A stretch of 64,000 nt of DNA, taken from the NCBI GenBank assembly GCA_963840455.1, contig CAWIYV010000001.1, positions 32,001 to 96,000 on the forward strand, given 5' to 3'. A program made the translations under genes and the position numbers. Of the stretch, positions 57,321 to 64,000 are shown piece after piece. Each line of letters starts with the position of its first letter. Position 1 is the first letter of the stretch. The notes beneath the pieces were generated by a model. It did no database searches, was not told the DNA's origin, and saw only the letters and a list, made by a program, of their open reading frames with translations. The stretch comes from Nitrospirota bacterium. Lineage in GTDB: Bacteria; Nitrospirota; UBA9217.

Positions 57321-57377
57321 TCTAAATTGCAAATTCGGAATAGTAAATTTCAAATTTTGCTATTTACAATTTATAAT
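57321..57377. repeat. AT-rich 7-bp tandem repeat (NNNAAAT-like) between lepA and lepB
   Basis: tctaaat tgcaaat tcggaat agtaaat ttcaaat tttgctat ttacaat ttataat. Confidence 0.7.
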
Positions 57378-57403
57378 GTCTCTGTTTGAAATGATCGCGG
57401 TAC

Positions 57404-59215
57404 TTACTCCCCCACCTTGAGGACCGCGAGGAACGCTTCCTGAGGTAGTTCGATGCTGCCGATCTGTTTCATCTTCTTCTTGCCCTCTTTCTGCTTCTCC
57501 AGGAGCTTCCGTTTCCGGGTGATGTCGCCGCCATAACACTTCGCCGTCACATCCTTGCGAAGAGCTCGAACGGTTTCGCGGGAGATGATCTTTGTCCCAA
57601 TCGCGGCTTGAATGATGACCTCGTACATTTGACGAGGGATGACTTCCTTGAGTTTTTCTGCAAGTTGGCGTCCCCGAATGGCTGCCTTGTCCCGATGGGT
57701 GATGAGCGAGAGCGCGTCCACCGGCTCACTGTTCATGAGCATATCCAGCTTCACGAGGTCGGACTCGACGTAGCCGGACAGTTCGTAATCGAGCGACGCG
57801 TATCCCTTGGTCAAGGACTTGAGCCGGTCGTAGAAGTCCATAACGATCTCGTTCAGCGGAAGCTCGTAGTGGATCTGAACCCGGTCCTTGGTGATGTAGC
57901 TGATGCTCTTCTGGATGCCGCGCCGCTCCTGGCAGAGCGCGATGAGCGCACCGACATAGGTCTCCGGCGTGATAAGCGTGGCTTTGATGAAGGGCTCCTC
58001 GATCTTCAGGATCTCCTGAATACCCGGAAGCTTCGCCGGATTGTCGATGAGCACAACCTCACCATTGGTCTTGGTCACCTTATAGATCACGGTCGGCGCC
58101 GTAGGGATCAAGGAGAGCTTGAACTCCCTCTCGAGACGTTCCTTGATGATGTCCATGTGAAGCAGCCCCAGGAACCCGCAACGGAAACCGAAGCCCAGCG
58201 CCAGGGATGTTTCCGGCTCGTAGGTAAAGGATGCATCGTTTAGCCGGAGCTTTTCGAGCGCATCCTTGAGGTCGGCATAGTCGTCGCTGACCGTCGGATA
58301 GAGGCCGGAAAACACCATGGGTTTAACGTCCTTGTAACCCGCGAGTGGTTTCACGGCCGGACTAAGTGCGTCGGTGATAGTATCGCCGATCTTGGCGTCC
58401 GCAACACGCTTGATGCCCGCAATGATGTACCCCACTTCACCGGGTGACAGTTCGCTCTTCTGCGCCATCTTGGGTGTGAAAACACCCACGGATTGGACCT
58501 CATGGAGCGCTCCCGTAGACCAGAGTTTGATCTTCTGGTGCGGACGTACCGTTCCCTCCATGACCCGGACGAGCACCACCACGCCCTGGTACGTGTCGTA
58601 CCATGAGTCGAAGAGGAGCGCTTTGAGCGGCGCATCGGGATCGCCGGACGGCGCCGGAATGTTCTTGATCACGGACTCGAGGATCTCCCGGGTGCCGATG
58701 CCTTCCTTGGCGCTCGCCGGGATGGCTCCGGACGCATCGAGGCCGATGATGTCCTCGATCTGGTGCTTCGCCTCCTCGACATTGGCGCTCGGCAGGTCGA
58801 TCTTGTTGATGACCGGGATGACCTCGAGGTCGTGGTCCAGGGCAAGGTACACGTTCGCCAGGGTCTGCGCCTCGACACCCTGCGACGCGTCGACGACGAG
58901 GAGCGCGCCTTCGCAGGCGGCCATGCTGCGCGACACTTCATAGGTGAAGTCGACATGTCCCGGCGTGTCGATCAGGTTCAGGACATACTCCAGACCGTCC
59001 GACGCCTTGTAGGTGAGACGAACGGCGTGAGCCTTGATGGTAATTCCCCGCTCGCGCTCCAGGTCCATGTCGTCCAGCACCTGGTCCCTGCCTGCCGCAG
59101 CCATTTCCCGGTCCGAAAGGGCGCCGGTATACTCGAGGATCCGGTCGGCAAGGGTCGACTTGCCGTGGTCGATATGGGCGATGATGCAAAAATTTCTGAT
59201 ATGGCTGCCTGACAT
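57404..59215 (-). CDS. lepA: Elongation factor 4 (start reassigned to ATG 59215)
   Basis: [47 protein letters not shown]. Confidence 0.98.
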   Translation of the reverse strand: MSGSHIRNFCIIAHIDHGKSTLADRILEYTGALSDREMAAAGRDQVLDDMDLERERGITIKAHAVRLTYKASDGLEYVLNLIDTPGHVDFTYEVSRSMAACEGALLVVDASQGVEAQTLANVYLALDHDLEVIPVINKIDLPSANVEEAKHQIEDIIGLDASGAIPASAKEGIGTREILESVIKNIPAPSGDPDAPLKALLFDSWYDTYQGVVVLVRVMEGTVRPHQKIKLWSTGALHEVQSVGVFTPKMAQKSELSPGEVGYIIAGIKRVADAKIGDTITDALSPAVKPLAGYKDVKPMVFSGLYPTVSDDYADLKDALEKLRLNDASFTYEPETSLALGFGFRCGFLGLLHMDIIKERLEREFKLSLIPTAPTVIYKVTKTNGEVVLIDNPAKLPGIQEILKIEEPFIKATLITPETYVGALIALCQERRGIQKSISYITKDRVQIHYELPLNEIVMDFYDRLKSLTKGYASLDYELSGYVESDLVKLDMLMNSEPVDALSLITHRDKAAIRGRQLAEKLKEVIPRQMYEVIIQAAIGTKIISRETVRALRKDVTAKCYGGDITRKRKLLEKQKEGKKKMKQIGSIELPQEAFLAVLKVGE

Positions 59216-59293
59216 AGTCTCCGATTCATGCTGACCATGGACACCGGCAGAAACCGGAGGACCGGTCCCTGATACCATCCACGGGATTCAGGA

Positions 59294-60253
59294 TCATGAT
59301 AGTTTGGCGATCTTCTGGAACGCCACCGCAGCTGCTCCCACCATCCCGGCCTCATCGCCGAGCACGGAGGGTACGATCTTTGTCCGCTCTGCAGTATAGG
59401 CAAAGGCCCGTTTCCGGACCTCCTCGCGCGTGGCGTCTATGAAAAGGTCCCAGGCATCCATTACGCCTCCGCCGATGACCACCATCTCAGGATTGAATAT
59501 ATTGATGAGATTGGCGATACCGATGCCAAGGTAGCGTCCCATGTCCTTCATCACGAGATGGGCCACGGTGTCACCGTTCCGCGCCGCCTGATAAATCTGC
59601 GCCGACGTGAGTTCCTGCCGGTCCTCAGCATCCAAACGCTTCTCTGCGCACATTGCCTTGAAGGTCATGACGATGCCACGGCTGGAAGCATACATCTCGA
59701 GACAGCCCCTGTTCCCGCAGCCGCATGTTCTGCCATCAGGGATGATGGTCATGTGCCCAACCTCGCCCGCCATGCCGTCGGCGCCGTGCCAGATCCGGCC
59801 GTCCAGGATGATGCCTCCGCCCACGCCAGTGCCGAGAGTCAGGAATATCATGCTTCTGATGTCCTTCGCAGCTCCGCGCCACTGCTCGCCAAGGGCAGCG
59901 GCATTTGCGTCGTTCTCGATGAACACGGGAAGCTTCAGTTCCCCTTCGAGGATCTGCTTCAGCGGGAGTTCGTTCCAGTCCGGGAAGTTGGGTGATTTGA
60001 CCACGACCCCGGTCTGCTCATAGATCACCCCCGGCGCTCCGACACCCACCGCTGCGACCCTCCGGCCGTACTGGTCTGCGTTCGCACGCTGCCGGTCGAT
60101 GTTCCTGATCAGCTTTGCGATGACCTTTTCGTGTCCTTCTGCTGCCAGGGTCTCCTCTTTCTGCTTCTCGAGGATATCGCCACTACGTGCCACCAGCGCA
60201 GTACGCGTATTCGTTCCGCCGAGATCCACGCCGATGACCACGCGGTCCACCAA
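59294..60253 (-). CDS. ROK-family sugar kinase (glucokinase-like)
   Basis: GVDLGGT, ENDANAAALGE, TLGTGVGGG, GEVGH..CGCGNRGCLE. Confidence 0.93.
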   Translation of the reverse strand: MVDRVVIGVDLGGTNTRTALVARSGDILEKQKEETLAAEGHEKVIAKLIRNIDRQRANADQYGRRVAAVGVGAPGVIYEQTGVVVKSPNFPDWNELPLKQILEGELKLPVFIENDANAAALGEQWRGAAKDIRSMIFLTLGTGVGGGIILDGRIWHGADGMAGEVGHMTIIPDGRTCGCGNRGCLEMYASSRGIVMTFKAMCAEKRLDAEDRQELTSAQIYQAARNGDTVAHLVMKDMGRYLGIGIANLINIFNPEMVVIGGGVMDAWDLFIDATREEVRKRAFAYTAERTKIVPSVLGDEAGMVGAAAVAFQKIAKLS

Positions 60254-60386
60254 GCCCCTCCCTTAACCATCGAATAACAAAAGGATATTTTACGAAGACG
60301 CTTATATTATCATAGTGTCCATGAAATGGCAACAATATTATTCATTTTTATTCATATATCCAAATAGTTGTAAGGGATAAAGCCGG

Positions 60387-60791
60387 CTAAAGGCTGAGGG
60401 CAAGATATGCCCAATTGGCAAGCAGAACCACGACCACTCCCACCCTCATCAGTGTTGCTTCGCGAGGTGTGAGTGAGAGGGATATGCGTGAACCGCTGAA
60501 CAAGGTGGCAACGTCATACACGAACATCAGTAGTGCAGCGAACATAAGCAGGGCAATGGCCGGGTTCATACCGAACGATGCCGACAGATTGCCGTTCGCC
60601 AAGTGCACCAGCGAACGCGTTGCTCCGCACGTTGGACAAGGGATGCCGGTGAAGGCCCTGAATACGCATGATGGCATCAACTCCAGCACCGGAAGGAACC
60701 GCACTGCGATCAGCGCCAGGATAGCGATCGTACCGTAGATCAGACCGAACACGATATCGCCGGACATGCGTTTTTTTAGTGTCAGATGCAT
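60387..60791 (-). CDS. DUF2752-like membrane protein
   Basis: CVFRAFTGIPCPTCGATRS motif flanked by TM helices. Confidence 0.85.
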   Translation of the reverse strand: MHLTLKKRMSGDIVFGLIYGTIAILALIAVRFLPVLELMPSCVFRAFTGIPCPTCGATRSLVHLANGNLSASFGMNPAIALLMFAALLMFVYDVATLFSGSRISLSLTPREATLMRVGVVVVLLANWAYLALSL

Positions 60792-60849
60792 GGCGGGAAC
60801 ATTGAGCCTTCAGTCAGCGGGGACCCGTTTTCGGTCATCGGTACTTCCC

Positions 60850-61599
60850 CTATTTCCACGGCTGCTGGGGCATCGTACCAAATGACGCGGCAACCGTTCC
60901 CAGAACCAGGAGCGAGAACAGGACAGCGAAGGCGCAGCACATGATCAGCGGGAACAGAACAACAAAGGCCGCTTTACCACCGCTTGTACCATGGGCGTCC
61001 CGAAGACCGATGACCACAAGGACCAGGGTCCAGATAGCGGAGAGAAAAGCGCCGCACAGGGGAATGAGCAGGAAAATGTTGGCTCCACTGCAGTAAGCAA
61101 CGACCCTGAAGGTCGCTTCAAACCCGTTCTTCGCTCCGCGCACGATCAGCAGGAGCAGGTGTATGATGCCGGAACAGATGAACAATCCGATAATAAGCAT
61201 GAAGGGCGTGAGTATCGCCTTGACCGCCAGACCTGTTTCTGCGAACATGTCAAAGCCTTGTTGAGCTTTCGACGGCAGGTAGCCGAGAAACGTATCGTGA
61301 AAGATGATCTCCCAAAAATAATAGCCCATCCAGCCGACCATACCGGTGATCAGGGCGTAGAGCATGGGGTTGGCCAGGCCGCCGGTGACGTTCATCTTTT
61401 TGAAGAACTCCGATGGATTAAACAGGGTCTCCTTGAGCGTGGTCATCAGCCCGCCAAAGGACCATTGCGTCCCCTCCTCCTCCCAGGCGGTATGCCTGCG
61501 ACCCGTTCCGGGAGAAGGCGCTGCCGTCGTCTTTCCCCCGCAGAACTGGCAGAAGGCCTGATTTTCCAAGATCTCTTTTCCGCAGTGTGGACAGAACAT
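60850..61599 (-). CDS. Zinc-ribbon + YIP1-like membrane protein (start reassigned to ATG 61599)
   Basis: MFCPHCG..FCQFCG; LFNPSEFF, FEATFRVVAY, 5 TM segments. Confidence 0.85.
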   Translation of the reverse strand: MFCPHCGKEILENQAFCQFCGGKTTAAPSPGTGRRHTAWEEEGTQWSFGGLMTTLKETLFNPSEFFKKMNVTGGLANPMLYALITGMVGWMGYYFWEIIFHDTFLGYLPSKAQQGFDMFAETGLAVKAILTPFMLIIGLFICSGIIHLLLLIVRGAKNGFEATFRVVAYCSGANIFLLIPLCGAFLSAIWTLVLVVIGLRDAHGTSGGKAAFVVLFPLIMCCAFAVLFSLLVLGTVAASFGTMPQQPWK

Positions 61600-61813
61600 T
61601 GGTTCTCCTTGCCGAAATAGTAGACTGCTGCCGGTCGTCGTAAAGGCTGGATCCGGGAGCGAATGCGGTCCCCCAACGTTCACCGTGGGATCAGCGAGCG
61701 GCCAGGATACCGACGACCGCTTCGAGGATTGAAAATCCTCTGCCATTTCTTGCTCGGTTCTTCACTGTAACAAACACCGGAAGTGATTGTCAATGGAAAA
61801 TGGGTGGAGGATG

Positions 61814-62308
61814 CTAGGCCGGCCTGGCGCAGTCCGAGGGATCACCCTTGATCTTCTCGACAGCGTGGGAGAGGGCGGGAAGGATGACCGCGAGGTTCTC
61901 TCTCACGGCCCGGGGGCTTCCAGGGAGGTTCACGATGAGGGTTTGTTTACGGATACCGGCGATCGAGCGGGAGATCATGGCATGGGCGGTCTTCTTGAGA
62001 CTCTCTGCGCGCATCGCCTCGGCCATGCCCGGCAGCTCACGCTCGATGACGTCGCGGGTCGCCTCAGGGGTCACATCCCGCGGGGCCACGCCGGTCCCCC
62101 CCGTGGTGATGATCAGATCAATAGTGCCTGAGTCGGCGAGACGCGCCAGCGCCGCCGCGATGAGAAGCCGTTCGTCGGGAAGGACCTCGTAGTGGCGCAC
62201 GTCTGCGCCGATCGCAGAGACCATCTCCCGGATTGTCCTGCCGCTCTCGTCCTCGCGTTCGCCTTTCGAACCTTTGTCGCTTAAGGTGATGATCGCTGTC
62301 CGTATCAT
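61814..62308 (-). CDS. mog: Molybdopterin adenylyltransferase (Mog/MoaB family)
   Basis: TLSDKG..REDESG, TTGGTGVAPRDVTPEAT, NLPGSP. Confidence 0.9.
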   Translation of the reverse strand: MIRTAIITLSDKGSKGEREDESGRTIREMVSAIGADVRHYEVLPDERLLIAAALARLADSGTIDLIITTGGTGVAPRDVTPEATRDVIERELPGMAEAMRAESLKKTAHAMISRSIAGIRKQTLIVNLPGSPRAVRENLAVILPALSHAVEKIKGDPSDCARPA

Positions 62309-62369
62309 GGTCCTCCCTGCCGCCGCTCGTCCTGATGGCCCGCCTGCCGCTCCGGGGCAGATCGGGACG

Positions 62370-63764
62370 CTACGCTACCTCGCCGCCAACAGTGATCTCC
62401 GGGATCCTGAGGGTGGGCTGGGCATCGCTCACCGGCGACCCCTGTCCGTCCTTGCCGCAGGTACCGATGGAAAATCCCAGGTCCGATCCGACCAGATCGA
62501 TCGACATAAGGATGGCGGGACCGTTGCCCACAAGCGTCGCGCCACGGACCGGCTCTCCGACCCTGCCGTTCTCGATGAGGTATCCTTCGCTCACTTCGAA
62601 CACGAAATCTCCGTTGACCGTATTCACCTGGCCGCCGCCCATCTTCCGGACGAACAGGCCCGTCGGCGTGGACCGCAGGATGTCGCCAGGCCTCGTCTCG
62701 CCCGGCACGATCATGGTGTTCGTCATCCGCGGAATAGGCCGGTGACGGTACGATTCCCTTCTGCCGTTCCCCGTGGACCGCGTCCCGTCCTTCATGGCCG
62801 TGAGCCGGTCGTACAGATATGTCTTGAGTATGCCACGGTCTACGAGTACGGTGCGTTGCGCCTCCGTCCCCTCGTCGTCAACGCTGAATGAACCGCGGCG
62901 GCCTGGAAGCGTCGCATCGTCGACCACGGTGATCACCGGTGCAGCGATCTGCTGTCCGATCTTGCCCGAATACACGGAGAGACCCGACTGCGCGAGGTCC
63001 GCCTCGAGGCCGTGGCCGATGGCCTCGTGGATCATGGTCCCTCCTGCTTCGGACGACAGGACCACCGGCATCCTGCCCGCCGGGGCCTTCCGGGCGGACA
63101 GCATCATCACGGCGCGACGCGCTGCCTTCTCTGCGGCCAGTTCGAGCGGCTCCGTTTCGAACAATTCCATGCCCGCAAGCCCGCCCACGGGCTCGTACCC
63201 GGTCTGGATAACGTCCCCGTCGGACGCTACCACCTGCACCATGGCCGTCAGATAATTCCGGGCATCCTCGGAGAGGCTTCCCTCCGAGTTGGCGATCAGC
63301 ACTTCCTGGCAGTTCTCCCGATAGGTCACCATCACCTGGCGGATGCGCGCATCGAACGACCGGGCAACTCGGTTCGCCCGCTTTACCATAGCTGTTTTCC
63401 GTTCCGGAGAGACCGACCGGGGCGGCTGCCTCACCAGACCATGGGAAGCAACGGGATGTGTTCGGGACAGGGAGATCGCCCGGACCGCCGCCGCATCGCC
63501 ACTGCCGACCGCGTGCCCGACCGCGTCCGCCAGTTCAAGGAGCGACGAAGTAGTGAGCTCGTTCGTGTAGGCATAGGCCGTCCTCTTCCCGGCGATGACC
63601 CGCAGTCCCGCGCCATGTTCGCGGCCGGCGATCACTTTGTCCAGGCGGTCATCTTCGCACAGAATGGCGAGCGGTGATGATCTCTCTAGGAACAGGTCAG
63701 CATATTCTCCGCCATTCCTGAGCGCTCTGCGCAGCACAGCATGAGCGTCAAACCCTGTGGACAT
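62370..63764 (-). CDS. tldD: TldD metalloprotease
   Basis: HEAIGHGLEAD, STGNGRRESY, PRMTNT, GTCGKDGQ. Confidence 0.95.
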   Translation of the reverse strand: MSTGFDAHAVLRRALRNGGEYADLFLERSSPLAILCEDDRLDKVIAGREHGAGLRVIAGKRTAYAYTNELTTSSLLELADAVGHAVGSGDAAAVRAISLSRTHPVASHGLVRQPPRSVSPERKTAMVKRANRVARSFDARIRQVMVTYRENCQEVLIANSEGSLSEDARNYLTAMVQVVASDGDVIQTGYEPVGGLAGMELFETEPLELAAEKAARRAVMMLSARKAPAGRMPVVLSSEAGGTMIHEAIGHGLEADLAQSGLSVYSGKIGQQIAAPVITVVDDATLPGRRGSFSVDDEGTEAQRTVLVDRGILKTYLYDRLTAMKDGTRSTGNGRRESYRHRPIPRMTNTMIVPGETRPGDILRSTPTGLFVRKMGGGQVNTVNGDFVFEVSEGYLIENGRVGEPVRGATLVGNGPAILMSIDLVGSDLGFSIGTCGKDGQGSPVSDAQPTLRIPEITVGGEVA

Positions 63765-64000
63765 TCGAGCCTCCCGTTCTTCCTGTGCTCCCGGCCGACA
63801 ACCCTGGCAGGACGTTCATGCGAGAAGTTCCCTTCACCAGGCTGCAGGGCATCTTCGATCCCCAGACAGCCATAACGCTCGCCAACTCCGATGAAATCCC
63901 TGATGGACGCGCCAGCTGCCGGCCCCTCACGATCGTTCAGCTGGTCATACTACTCCAGAACCGGATCATTTACAATATATTCCCAGAAAGTTCGTACCGA

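Noticed and set aside
63765-64000. Possible ORFs at the window end (63748-63930 minus; open frame from 63818 plus)
   Set aside because: No recognisable motifs or RBS, and truncated by the window edge.

Overview
GC-rich bacterial chromosome segment. Gene content and order resemble Nitrospirota or deltaproteobacteria-like anaerobes (inference only). Most of it is housekeeping: mazG, gcvH-lpdA, rnfCDGEAB, fluC, surE-pcm, ihfA-merR-tRNA-Pro, hflX, pmbA, queD, queC, an NRAMP-like transporter, a purH-like gene, livKH, aroQ-pepP-efp-accBC-thiE, yicC-remA-gmk-rpoZ-coaBC, lepA-lepB, mog and tldD. The standout is a ~15 kb accessory block between tRNA-Pro(GGG) and surE carrying a five-gene DUF11 cluster (13207-25613, minus strand). 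Its sequences suggest a Gram-negative pilus assembled by donor-strand complementation, possibly locked by intermolecular Lys-Asn isopeptide bonds. The inferred parts are a tip adhesin (acceptor domain only), two pilins (N-terminal donor strand plus C-terminal truncated acceptor), a small acceptor lacking the reactive residues (chaperone-like), and a 2000-aa OmpA/beta-barrel anchor with a donor strand. The cluster has a perfect TTGACA-N17-TATAAT promoter and a decayed extra pilin gene upstream. Other notable items are an intact IS1202-like element with a 17-bp target duplication, a Crp/Fnr mini-regulon with two TATGAY-N4-GTCATA boxes and an unannotated 45-aa Cys protein, several leaderless promoters, a probable ATC start for hflX, and dispersed 7/8-mer intergenic repeats. 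Eight +1 frameshifts (smr, pmbA, queC, NRAMP) look like sequencing errors. All calls were made by eye; no database search was run.
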